The notes under the pieces: model-generated
The model's database searches: none
Told to the model about the DNA's origin: nothing
Seen by the model: only the letters and a program-made list of their open reading frames with translations
Made by a program: the position numbers and the translations under genes
Part shown: piece after piece, positions 24,401 to 37,110 of the stretch
How the letters are laid out: every line of letters begins with the position of its first letter
Numbering within the stretch: the stretch's first letter is position 1
Assembly (NCBI GenBank): GCA_973895155.1
Contig: OZ316891.1
Span: 21,030,169 to 21,094,168 of the forward strand
DNA: 64,000 nt
Source: Marsupella aquatica
Taxonomy: Eukaryota > Plantae > Marchantiophyta
Direction: 5' to 3'

Positions 24401-25158
24401 GTTCAGCAGTAACTTCTAGCCTACCTGTGTTTTCGAGCATAGTATATATAACCAGTTGGAGTGAGAGTTCCAGAGTATATGTTTGAGGCGTAAGTAGTCT
24501 CATACTGTCACTGTGAGACATAGCACAAGATATCGATGTATGAAGTCGGGGCCAGGAGTGTAGAATGTTGATGTGATTGCAAGTATCACAAGAAGAGAAC
24601 TGAGTTCATTTGTAAGAGAAATTGCTGTAGATTTCGACAGCTAAGTGCTTCCTCGGGTTGATTTTGTCGTGGATGAATGCCAGCAGACTTACAATTATAG
24701 GCAGAGTCCGAAGGACCTCGTTTATAAATTTGTCGACAGCTCCCTGTACATTTGCAGTTTCTTGGATAACAGGTCGGTAGGGAATTACAAAAATTCGATC
24801 GTGAGTAGAACTGGTGCGATTTGTTGTCAAATATAATGATAGTTACATCCTTCATTAGTTAGTGAGGTATACATATATCCAATAGCTCGATTCATGAGAC
24901 AGTCTGTCATCACCTTTGTTGGAAAGCTGACTGACTATTCAGGAGCATCAAATCAGGAGGCTGACCTAATTGTAGGTAAGCCGCAGGCCTGCTCAGTAAA
25001 ATTCTAAAGCTTGCACAAGTGTGGCAATCGGTCATTGGGGCCAGGGCAACAAGCGATTGACTTCGACTTAGCTTGCTAGCACAAAATAATAGGTGCACAG
25101 ATTGTGCGTTGTATCGACAACAATTCAAGCGCGCAGTTGATCGATTGATTGATCAACC

Positions 25159-25680
25159 ATGGCGACAGCTGCAACAGCAGTCAAACTTCACATGAGGGTA
25201 TCCAGATTGCAGGAAGCAGCAGTGGTTTTGCAGGAGCGAGCTTGGGTGCAAAAAGCTGCGGGAGAACTAGCCAAGAAGGGGAAGTTTCTGCTTGACTTCA
25301 TGGCCTCCACCAAGTCTTTCAGTCACGGTCCATCCTTGGGGGCTGCAATTCTTGTGAGCTCGGGGCTCCTCATTCCCTCTCGGGAGTTGATGAAGTCTGC
25401 AGCAGGCGTCATCCCCAACGATCCCGTGGAATCCCTCGTGGCCAACCTGTCAGCACGTGGAGATCATGGTTCAAGTTCAAAAGTGAAACTGCAATTCGTG
25501 CACGCGCAGACAGCTGCCGCATCAATATCGACAGATGGTCAAAGAGTCGCCTACAGTGCCAGGAATGTAGGGCCTTCCAAACCAGACTCATGGAGATCCC
25601 CACTTGTACAGCCTATGGAAGAGGAGGATTATGGATGGGAGACCGATCCCAATGGAGGCTGGCTTGCTTCCTTTCCCTAG
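25159..25680 (+). CDS. Hypothetical protein, 173 aa
   Basis: Strong start context aaccATGG and protein-like composition; no family recognised. Confidence 0.5.
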   Translation: MATAATAVKLHMRVSRLQEAAVVLQERAWVQKAAGELAKKGKFLLDFMASTKSFSHGPSLGAAILVSSGLLIPSRELMKSAAGVIPNDPVESLVANLSARGDHGSSSKVKLQFVHAQTAAASISTDGQRVAYSARNVGPSKPDSWRSPLVQPMEEEDYGWETDPNGGWLASFP

Positions 25681-26908
25681 GCTACCTCTCGTTCAACGTT
25701 GCAGCAGAAATTTTGTTCAAAATATATTGACTAATATTTTGGAAGTGCTGACTGTCTATACGTCAGGCACCTTCGTATCACTTATCAGTTGATTCATGTA
25801 TAGTGTACAAATAGTGTATTATAAGTTCAGCGTTGGCACTGTACAGACAAAGAGGCGCTCAATCTGTTCTTCAGCCAAAAGTTTCACTGTACCGGGCACT
25901 GTCCTGATCCGGAGAACGAAGAATTCTGTCAACTACTACTTAGGTGAAGATTCATGAACATGAAGGTGTAGACATATATTTTTGTGAATGCAATCTCAGT
26001 GGCTGAGGAATTGTAGGATGCAGGCTCTACTTGACACCCAGAACAGCTCGCTAGTAGCTAGACTTAGATTGTCCGATCCGTCTGTAGCAATTCCGCAACT
26101 ATGATGCACATCTCTCCACGGGTATTGGGCATCAGGTTGCAGAAAGCCAGGACGGGCAGAGGACCACCTGGTTTGATCCTCCATGTGACTGGGTGAATCC
26201 ACCAATCTGACTGGGTGAAGCTAGAGACTATCTTACTTAAGGACATGTTAGTGTATGGTCCTCAGGCGGCTATTTGTTGTACATATCCTTAAGAGAACCT
26301 GACAATCTAGGTTGTTTCAACCTTGAATTGAACTTTCTGTTTGTGTATTGTACTGTGTCCCCAAGAAACAGAGTTCTGACATCCTCCACACCGTTGCATG
26401 AAGGGGGAAACTGGGGTGATATAACTAGAATCAACTGTTAGTCCATCTGAGTGTATGGTGCCCAACAGTTCTGAGTACTGTTTGTGCTCGCGCTTGATAG
26501 CTAGATCAATCAATTCCAACGATCTCCTTACCCGTTTCATCGTTCGTCGAGGACTGAACTGCCAAGACCCACGTGGGTATCGATAGAACAAAGGTGAGTC
26601 TCACGGAATGTTTTCTCTTTCGACCAAAATCAGACTGGGAGATAGATTTCAAGGGATTACTTTTCGAACGAATACTGACAGAAAGCGAACGTTGCTTGGC
26701 ATAGGCAAAAGAAGTTGAGGTTCATGATTTTTAATGCTAGTACCACGAGTACGAATTTGCAAGATAAAATTAAATTACAGGTCTAGGTCCCTGGAGGTCG
26801 TGATGAACTAAAGCTCACGACTAAATTTCTTGAAGGAGACAATTTTAAGCTCTTCAATTGTGGGTCTTGAAATCTTGATTAGTTGCCATCTGAATGGGTT
26901 AAAGTAGA

Positions 26909-26947
26909 CAACTTAGCGGTTCCCCCAAGAACCGCTGAGTTGACTAG
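26909..26947 (+). other. Hairpin followed by CTAG, a possible Helitron 3' terminus
   Basis: caacttagcggttc-ccccaa-gaaccgctgagttg, then a-CTAG-t. Confidence 0.35.
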
Positions 26948-29900
26948 TGCAAACCTTATGAGAAACAAATGCAGTTTCTAACGAAGGTCACAGGATTTGA
27001 CAGTAGCAATGAGAAGGACAGGACATTGTATAGAGAATGCTTTGCTCAGAGAGGGTAGAACCTGCATCCAGAGGACTTGTACAAAGAATGTTAACTTCAA
27101 ATCGAGAAATTCGCGTCGTGGATTATGGTTGCCTTCGATTAGAGTTGTCTATATGGCGGAGGAAACTCTCGTAGGGATCTTTGATAGGGCGGTTGATGGT
27201 GAAGCTCAAACTCCGGGGAATTAGCGCTGTAGGTACCGTCTTACCCTGCTTGGGAACCAAGTTTGTGGAATTGGATTGGATCTTACAACACTGGTGTCAG
27301 TCCTCACAATTGTATGACATCCAAAGTCTTTCTTTCGAAGACTGCAATGGCGTTCGTCAAGCCAAACAGTAAGAAAGCTGACATAATTTTACAATAATAC
27401 ATATTTTAGGGCTGCAATGTATCCTTTGATTTAGCGTTTGATCACTTCTGTAGCTGGGTTCTCAGTGTCTATCGTAACCACGACCTACAATTATCTGGGC
27501 AAGTCGTCCTGGGTCTAAACCTTTGTAAGTTGGGGTTCCATATGTTGTTGGGTTCAATCGTCTCTCGAAGTTGCAGTCTTAATCGTTTGAAGCGCTGCTT
27601 GGACAGAAAAACTTATCTTGGACTTTCTGACACAAAATCTTCTTATGACACAAATTCTACGGAATCAGAGAAGGTGCATATCCCGAGCCGTTTCCCCCTC
27701 AATGGTTTATCAGGGTGAAGATTTGACAAGCGTTTGAATTCAGCTCCTTTTATATGCACTTGAAAGTGGATTTTTCGTCAGAAAACATTCTAAGATATCT
27801 TACTGTATTAGTAATAGTGTTGACTTCTTCTTTGGTGACAGGTCGAAAGAGTGAATTGTGAAACAAACCAAGGGAGCCAACCTTGACTACATTTTAAGCT
27901 GGGGTGGGTGGTCAAGTATGGAAATCTCGTGACTTTGAAGTAACTAAAGCAAGCAAGCGGGCAAGCAGCGAACTCATTAGTACGTTAAATTTTTGATAGA
28001 AAGTGAGGTTGGTTGCGCACCTAGTGATCTGCACGTCACCGTGATTCGTTTGTTAAACTTTCAAGATTGAGAGGAGACGAAGTCCTCCATCTGCGCATGC
28101 ATGGAATATTCTAAGTAACAGGATAATCATATAGCCATGTCCTACTACAAGGATCGGATGTAGAATGTCCTCTGTGAGAGACCACTTCAAATCGCTGAAT
28201 TACTCTCACAATTCCTTCAGTGCCACTTCTCTTTTGAAATGGCACGAACCTCAAGTTCAAGGGTTCTGAACATAGAGTCACGCACAATGCAAATAAACTA
28301 GTGACGAAAGCTACGCCATCAAATCGCTCATCAGTCAATGAAGCTAGTGGCCAGAGCAGAATAAGATACGTAATTGTATACGGTACGCGATTTGCTGACT
28401 CTGAATTGAACGTAGTCATCCACTGATTCTCTAGTCCAGGTTGAAAAGGTCATCCAGGAACACCATGTACTTAGAGGAATAACCTTCCAATGTGGCACAC
28501 GGGACAGAGCAAGGGATAGAAAGCGCTAAAAGAGAAACGGAATGATAAAATGCCATCTGCCTCCCTAAAATTCTTGATCATTAACACTACATTTCTTTTT
28601 CTTAGTAAGAGCACACTTCTCTAGATCGAAGGGCATAGTTATTCATTTGTTTCACTCTGTTCAAGGTCAGACTTTGAGGTCTCCAGCTTTGGAAAGTTTT
28701 CACGTGTCTTTTTGAACCACTTGAGCTTGCTTCCAAAGTTCAAAAGACATTTAGTTACTACATTCCCCATGTTGGGCCTAATGTATTTCCTGACGTAGAT
28801 TTAAGACGCGCATGTTAAATCTACAACATGTTAATGCGCCATTTTCTTGGGGCCCTGTACACTGACTATCCCAGTCCCCGATGCTTCTGTTCGACTTTGC
28901 CAAAACATAAACCAAGACCCTACCAGTTGTCACCCACTCCGGCCGGATGAACTTTGTGTCACCGACTTCGGGTTTATGTTTTGGCACCATTCACTTGTTG
29001 TTGCCTGCTTGGCCCAATCAACTTTGTGCAATCAATTTTTTCCTTGCGGAGTCGTGATTTATGTTCCGACAACACTTGTTTCCAACGGAGTCCTGTTTGA
29101 TTTGTAACATAGTCTAAGTGTTGCAGAGTCTAGTACTTTGGTTAAGAATCAAATTGATAGTCTTGGTTCATGTTTTGCCAATTGCTTCTTCTCTATGCAG
29201 TTGTGATTATATTTTGGCGACACTTCGTTCCAATGGATTCATGTCTGTTTAGTAATAGAGTCCAAGTGTTCAGGCAAAGCCTAGTACTCTGGATAAGAGT
29301 CAATCATGATAACGATACTAGAGTCTTGGTTTACTTGGGCTGGAGTGGGCAGTAGCATTGGGGACTTGGGCCAGAGCAGTCGACAACAAGTGAAGGGTGT
29401 CAAAATAATAACCTGAAGTCAAGGCACATAGTTGATCGGGCTGGAGCAGATGACAAAATGGGAGAGTCTTAGTTTATGTTTGGGCAAAATCGGGCCAGAG
29501 CGGCCAGGTTTCCTTTTGTGCATCTGGATAGCAGTAATGACACCTCGTGAAGAGAGCCATGAGGAGTCTTCAAAGCCTGAGCATGCTACAAAAGACATTG
29601 CACCTCTCTCCATCTTGCAAATAGAATTGAACTAAAACCTCACTCAACAGTTACTGCAAAGCCTGATAGAGGCGGAATTTGGCAAAAGTTTCAATTGCCA
29701 CTAAACAAAACATTCCTCTTCCCTACTCTCATTTTGGATAGTGCTCTCCTTAATCAACAATTCATAAACTTACTGTTCTTTGTGATTTGTAATTTTAAGT
29801 GTTATTAGGGCGTCTCAAGTCTCTCCTTTCTGCCTCCAGTCGGAATCAAACACAAATTCCCAAGGAAAAAGTGGTGGATAGAAACTCTGAACTTTGAACT

Positions 29901-30587
29901 TTGAGATGCCCTATTGGAGAAGAACCCACACTGCCTGCCAAGATCTGGATCAACTCATTATGAAGATTATGCTTTTCTCTATTTTTTTCTTAAATTGGTA
30001 AACATAAAATCTCTTAGTCTAGTCTTGTATAACTTAAATCTATCTATCTATAAAGGTCCCCTTACCAGAGTATTGTGGCCTATAATAGCCCCTATAAACT
30101 TTCGTTTTGGATGGCATTATGACACACACAAAAAACTAGAATATATCATCATCATTATTATTATAATTATAGTAAGTTTCATTTATTATACGTCATAAGT
30201 TTTCAAGTGTTGAGGCAAAACCAAAACGTCCAAAAGCTCTCCAATCTCCAGAACTGCCCACGTGCGCACAACCCATTTGTGCTCGGGTATTGCTGCCTCC
30301 AAGCAGTAAAGTTTTTATCTTCTCCGGATTTATCTTCGCCATTGCCGATGTAATCCGAATTGTGGGACAGAACGAAAGAAACTAAAAGCAATTCTTGAAG
30401 TCCACTGCAGCGGAAGAGAAGGCGAGCGGAAAAACAAGCCATCCAGCTCCGACATCGTCTTCGTAACACGAGAGATTCGTTGTCCATTGCTTCGCTCTCT
30501 TCGACTAGAGGTACTCGAACTTGCACAAAACGAGAGACGCGAGACCGTGAGAGAGGAGAATTTGCGCTGCATTTTATTATTACATTA

Positions 30588-30617
30588 GGAAAGGAAAGGA
30601 AAGGAAAGGAAAGGAAA
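30588..30617. repeat. (GGAAA)n microsatellite upstream of the transit-peptide exon
   Basis: ggaaa repeated about 6 times. Confidence 0.9.
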
Positions 30618-30692
30618 ATTGAGCTGCATTAGAGGAAGAGTGGTGGTCAGTTGAGCGGGGGCAGCATTTGGAACAGAGGAGAGTGGTTGAGT

Positions 30693-30995
30693 ATGGCGTT
30701 TCAGTGTCTGAGATTGCCGTCGTCGACTTCGTCCTGTTGTACTTCCTCTTCGGCGATTCCCATTCTTTCGGCGGACAACCGTCCATCGTCTTCATCACCG
30801 TCGCCGGTGTGCTTCCTGTCTCGTGGTGGCGGAGATGGGGTCAGGTCCTTGAGCAGCTCTAGCTCCAGCGCCAGCTTCATCAAGGTCGGCACAAGCAACA
30901 GCACAGGCAGCAGAAGAAGAATGGCATCATTTTCTGTCCGAGCTGGAATTCGAGCCGTGGAGACGTATGACGCATCTTTTCAGCTACAGCCCGAG
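30693..30995 (+). CDS. First coding exon of a probable chloroplast-targeted protein; downstream exons not resolved
   Basis: MAFQCLRLPSSTSS...; Ser-rich and acid-poor N-terminus ending in SVRA, typical of a transit peptide. Followed by donor GAG|GTATGG at 30996 and T-rich intron-like sequence. Confidence 0.65.
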
Positions 30996-33900
30996 GTATG
31001 GTTACTGACTCACTCACGCCTAACTGTTGCCCATCTTCTGCTCTTCAGCATTTCGGGTTTGTCCCCTACTTTTCGCTTTGGTCTGGTTGAATAGTTTCGT
31101 AGAGCTTTCCATCTTCAATCTGCCTTGCTAGCAAGGAACATTTCTCTATTGGTTCAATCTTTGCCTCCTGCAAAGTGGGCCTTGGTTGTTGTATTTTTCT
31201 GAAAATTTCTGTCTAAGGTCCCAACTTCCCCAAAAGGCTTGATGGAAAAATCAGGCGTCATCCATCTCTAGCCCGATATACTGATTTCCATTTTTCCTCT
31301 GTAAACCCTGCAAACACGTCTGTTCGCCGGTCGAATTTTATATTCCAGTGATCCAGTTATTTTCATGATAGCAGCCAGAAACTTGTAGATGTTTCCAGAA
31401 TTTTCTAGTTGACTGCTTCAACTGCTGTGGCAAGCAGAGCGAATGCTTTGAATTATACACTCGATGTAAGAAATGAGTCACGGAAATTGTATTTCAGAAA
31501 CTGGACGATTGCTACAAGCAGTGATGATCCTTAACCCCTAAACCCTTAAAGTTCACTTTCTATGAGGACGTTCCTGGTATCATGTATGGAATCGGTCAAA
31601 TAGCTAGTACCTCAGCTACTGCTTGTGTTTACTCTTTTCGTCTACTGTCTTGTAGTGTGGAGTTTCTTTAGGTGGGACTATGACTCGGAAATCAGTTTGT
31701 TCATCGTCACACTTGTTGATTTGATCTTAGGTGTTTGTATGCGTCGATTGATGATTTTCCAAGGGTTCCTGTCATCTCGCGTGCACGTCCCGCCCTCCGG
31801 CTTTGCCCTGATACATATAACCGTCCAGAACATTTTGCCAGGAAGCTCTATGACTTTGATACAGCCTTCATCTGCTCCCTTTACCCCCAAATGGCGATCT
31901 GTGGTCTTTAAGTGCATGACTAACCTAGTCGATGTTAATGGTCTTTTCCTCGTATTCACTTGGGCCAGTCGACAATGTGCTCTCTCGACCTACTGTAGGC
32001 CTCGTATGCCCTCTTGTTTCGTTATATGATCCACGGTCGATAGAATTCGTTGCATTCAGTAATAAAAATGTTCGGTTTGTCGGGTACGATATCATCGATA
32101 GCCCTGCTCATACAGTACTTGGTTCAATTCGTCGGTGTCCATTCAGGCCGATAAGACGTTGCGGGAATCTCTCAGTTCGCCTACATTCTGTGATCAGGTA
32201 GGCTGCAATTTCGCTGAAGGCTGAATTCAGTTTTGGTTCCGGGAGAGTTATTCTACAACATGTTTGACAGACGACTTAGAAACTTCCAAGACGACCCTGT
32301 GCATCAAACAGGGCGATTGTGGAAAATTTCAGGGTTTAGGTCTATTCAAATTGTGTGAGTGGTGGAGTCTCTGGTTGCCTAACCGACCCAACAAACGCAG
32401 GTTGCAGCGCAATCCATGAAGGGTTCAGATGTGATGTATGAATTTACTGGCGAGCTTTTCCAGCCTGTGCCGTGGAGCCCTACAACAAAGTTTGGCATGC
32501 CAGTGGTAAGCTGGTTTGGGCCTCCGGTTGCTATGAACATGTCTTGCACCCATTTCGCACAGTATCGTCACTGGACAACAGTTGTAATTTGATACTGTAG
32601 GATGTCTGTAATAAGCTAATTTGAGTCACACTCGTGGAGCATTCTCAGTCATTGATAATTGTTTTTCTCACTTAAATAGGGGAGTAAGTGTAGGTTTATG
32701 TCGTGATTAAAATGGTTTAGCAATCATGCCATGACTTGTTGCACCGCGTTCGTTATGGGCATTCTCGCACTGTGAATACTCTTCAGGACGGCGAATCCTG
32801 TGCAGCAGTGGTTGTACATGAGTTTGAGATTGCAAATGCAGTACCGAACCGGATGTAGATCACTTTTATTTGGTTTTGCAGGAATTTGAGAAGTATATTA
32901 AAGACAAAGAGAACTTTACAGTCATCAATGTGCCACCAAATTTTATGTTCAAAGCAAAGGTACTCCAGCATTTCGTTGTACGTCGGTTGGAACAGGAGGT
33001 CTACTAGTACTCTTCCCATAGAATTTGGGTCAATTGGGAATTAGAGTCAGTTACTTTAATTTGTGAAGCTTGTTGATTTAAACGATGTGTCCACTTGCTT
33101 TGTTCTGCGATCTTGTCTCTGTCGAAGCACACCCACATATGCCAGGAGGAAATCTTGGTTCATGGAGGAATGTATAAACATAGTTCTGGGATATGAATTG
33201 GAACATGTTTTTCAAGATGTTTTGTTGTATGTGTAGACACTCGTGTGTAGCGTGTTGACACCTTGATGATAACGAAAATTGTTGATAATGTGCAGATATT
33301 TAAGCCTTCACGCCTATGTGCTGTCTTCAAGAGAGTATGAGGTCGAATTTTGTGGTCTCGGCAAATATAGTAGAAAATCTACTTTCTATGCATACAGTCG
33401 TCTGTAGTTCCTCCAGACGCTGGAGATATAACGAAAAAGTATTGTGAGAGGCCCTGGTCGGACCGACTATGATGACAGTGAAGGAGAGGAGATTAGAACG
33501 CCAGAGTCACCATGCTGTTAAGTAAGATGAAATTTGCATGAATTGCATCCTTTCTGAGTGAAAGGCCTCATGGAAGACGTTCCAAAACTGGCTTCATGGC
33601 TATGGTTTTTTCATGCTATCGATGTACATAATAATTTGATTAAGGGCCAGTTGCATGGCGATGTTACACTGCATGCATCCAGGTTGGAGTTGTCCGGTAC
33701 ATGCATGTGACTCTTATCCCGGTCCGATGAGGAGGAAAAGTGGGACGATGTCTTTAAATGTTTGATTGAGGTACTGAGGATATTTTCTACTGTCAATTGA
33801 AAAACAACAAGGTGCATATTAGTGCCAGATTTTTTCCATGTCAGCGACAATTGGAACCTCGGTTTTCTGAAGCAGGTTGTTAATTGTTGGAATTGTCCTC

Positions 33901-34683
33901 ATATCTGCACCCAAGTACATTCTTTCTGGGCTTGAATCTAAGGATCTCAATCTGACCATATGGTGGCCGCACAGTGTACATATTTGATGGATACAGACAT
34001 TTCGCCCAAAACACATCATTCGTTCATTTTAAATTGAGCAAGCGATTGATTCCAGGCTGGACGATTCGCAGAAGTGAGAAACTGAGTCTAAACGTGGGAA
34101 CGGCCAACAGATGTACGCTAGTGACGCAGAAAGCAACTATAAGACCAGCCGTTATTATTTGCTTGCAGACACTCATCCTGGGATGAGAAGTGTAAGTTCG
34201 GATGGAAAAGTGAAACCCTGATAAACTCAATTGAAACACTTAGATTTACTGGTAGAATACTTATAAACATGAATCTGACTGGCAATAAAAGGTTTCCAGG
34301 GGATTCCTTGGTATTCTGTCCGTGCAGCAGCCTCCGTTGATTCTCATTCAACTGAATTCATATTCGAGTAATCAGTCGGGCTCCCTTGGCTACCATGCAG
34401 ATAATTATTGTAACACTGCCATAATTATTGTAACACTGTAAGGTTCCAGGAGTGTTGTCAACATAAAGTTCCTGTGTCCAAGTTCCTGTGTCCCTCTGAG
34501 TAGCAGTGTCAAATGTTTGAGTCTATCCACTGAAGCTTCCACTTCAGAATAGGGAGTCCCCATGATATGGAAAACTCTAGAATGCACATTTGCAACCCAA
34601 AAATCTCAACTATCAACAGGCATTCAAATGTGCTCCAATATTATTGTGTGCAATTTTTACCGAGTACGTATTTGTTTCTTTGG

Positions 34684-34966
34684 GGGTCTCACTCATAACA
34701 CATCACTTGAGGTAACTCAATCATATTTAGTTCAACAAAAAAGACACTTTAATTGGGTCTCACTCATAACACATCACTTGAGGTAACTCAATCATATTTG
34801 GTTCAACAAAAAAGACACTTTAATTGGGTCTCACTCATAACACATCACTTGAGGTAACTCAATCATATTTGGTTCAACAAAAAGATACTTTAATTGGGTC
34901 TCACTCATAACACATCACTTGAGGTAACTCAATCATATTTGGTTCAACAAAAAGACACTTTAATTG
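34684..34966. repeat. Tandem repeat, 4 x ~71 bp
   Basis: gggtctcactcataacacatcacttgaggtaactcaatcatatttggttcaacaaaaa(a)gacactttaatt repeated four times. Confidence 0.95.
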
Positions 34967-35779
34967 TTACAAAACTTTAGGGTCTTTTAAATCAAACTAG
35001 GGGCCAGGGTCTCACAATATGGATATGGATTGATCCATCCTAACTATTTGTACATCCTAACCGTTTACTGTAGTTCTGTTTCATTATATAGTGTGTACTG
35101 TAGTTCTGTTACTTTATATAGTGTGTACTGTAGGTCTTTTACATTTATATAGTATTACATCAACGATGCCATTGGGGTTCTAGCCCAAGTTCTGTTTGAT
35201 ATAGCATACTCATCCTGGAACATGAAAAGTTATTTTGTCCTCTAGCAAAAAGTTTAAGTTTTTTAGTGAAATACAGGTGATCTATTTTTTTGTGGCAAAT
35301 ATAAATAGGACGTTGATTAGGAAGAGTGACATTGAAAAGTTGTGCACATAAGGTACAAGAATAAAAGTACACATGTAAAGAAAAGTAATAATGAACAGGA
35401 AAAAATTAAGTCTATGGTATTGGGTTCTGCATATACTATACACCAGTAAAGATACTTATGTATTTATCTTAGGTAATGACACTCAAATGAATTAAAACCA
35501 TAAATTTAGGACACAAAACCATGAGTAGAACTTAAAGACATGAGGAGTGCACTTTATTAGATCATTTCTTCTTCACTAAGGGCTAGAACTTCCGTGAGCT
35601 TTGTTAAAGGGTGGATGATCAAAAGTATAGCAAAGATTGAAAAATTTAGAGGGGTGCCAGATTAAATTCAAAATCTAAAGTATACAAGGGATGCACCTTG
35701 GTTAGACACATTGAATTAAAATACACAAGAAAAGAAGTTTGAATAAGACAAAATACTGGAAGATGGATTCTCCATATAG

Positions 35780-35927
35780 CAGTTCCATATAGCATCCTCA
35801 TCCTGGACAATCTTAGATGTATCTTGAAAGTTCCATATAGCATACTCATCCTGGACAATCTTAGATGTATCTTGAAAGTTCCATATAGCATACTCATCCT
35901 GGACAATCTTAGATGTATCTTGAAAGT
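35780..35927. repeat. Tandem repeat, 3 x 48 bp
   Basis: agttccatatagcatactcatcctggacaatcttagatgtatcttgaa three times; partial copy near 35198. Confidence 0.95.
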
Positions 35928-35999
35928 GTTATCTGTTTATATATCCTCATTTATATTTGTCCTCCAATTTATCTGTGTTTGCCTCCCTAGAAATTAGGT

Positions 36000-37110
36000 A
36001 GGGGTTGAAATTGGAGAGATCTTCATCAACAAGAATGATCCAGCAGTCAATGTCTTGCCAGGTTTCATGATTGGACAGTGGTCATCACAGTAAAAAGGGC
36101 GATTGGCCAACAAAGAGAAAAAGGCCGCCCACAAACCCAAAAACACCAAGGGTGCTATGGTCTCAATGGAAGTAAGCCCAAATACAAAGTGTGAGCTGTC
36201 GGTGAAGCCACAGAGATTAGAGCAAAGAACCAGTACCTAATAGGGAGGCAAAAGTCTCTCGAATAGAAACATCAAAAGTATGTAGGTGTAGGCAAAGATC
36301 CTCGGTAGGGACATGCGTCCTAGCAAGATAAGATGCACTAGGGTGGAGGCATCTGAACAACATCCCAAATGGTGTTTGACTATCTGCCAACTTAGGGAGC
36401 AAAGGAGCTGGGGCTAAAGCAATCTGTAAAGTCCGGAAAAGACCTCTCCAATGGCAATGGGCCGAACTCTCGGGGATGACTTAGCCATGGCTAGTAAACG
36501 CGATGCGCTCAATATACGAGAGACCGGGGAGGCAAGCAACCTGCTGCAATACACTGGCAAAATGAAAAAAGAAAATTCAAAAACCTGATGGAGGGTCTTT
36601 AGGGGGGAATAAGTCAGAAACATGTTGGCATGGTGGGGGAAAGGGTCTGGAAAGCACAACAATATACTCCGTGCAACTTGGGCTACACGACAAGCTGGGC
36701 AAAGGCGCCTATGCTCAGGAGGAGTGGATGACAAGTTGGGTCAGACAAAGCACATGCAACAAAGAAGCGGGCTTGGAGAAAGTACTCTTCTTGAAGCTTG
36801 CTCCCAATCTCTTCTCAAAAAATGGTATATACATGAGGTAGTCTCATAGTGACCCACATGACCACCATGACTAGAGAGGGTAAGAGTCCACTGTGGAAAA
36901 AGCACGAGCAAAGACCAATAGGAGACCTCCAAAGGATGCGCCATGAGTTGCATGATCTACATGAGGAACCAATGGATGCAACGCGTTAGGGATGTGGTTA
37001 TAAAGATGAGATCTAATGTACCCAGGGTGGTAGGTTGCAATGGGGTCCATTGTGCAAACCCAACGCCAAGCCTGCTCAGATGCCTCCAAAGCTTGACAAA
37101 TTTAGTACTA
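36000..37110 (-). mobile_element. Decayed non-LTR retrotransposon RT fragment (CRE-like)
   Basis: Minus-strand ORF piece RILSASRLLAMAKSSPRVRPIAIGEVF matches the RPIAxGE RT motif of CRE-like elements. Fragmented; boundaries approximate. Confidence 0.65.

Noticed and set aside
34684-34966. Regular repeats resembling a CRISPR array (also 16460-16630, 18300-18502, 35780-35927)
   Set aside because: Head-to-tail tandem units with no unique spacers, no cas genes, and a eukaryotic context.
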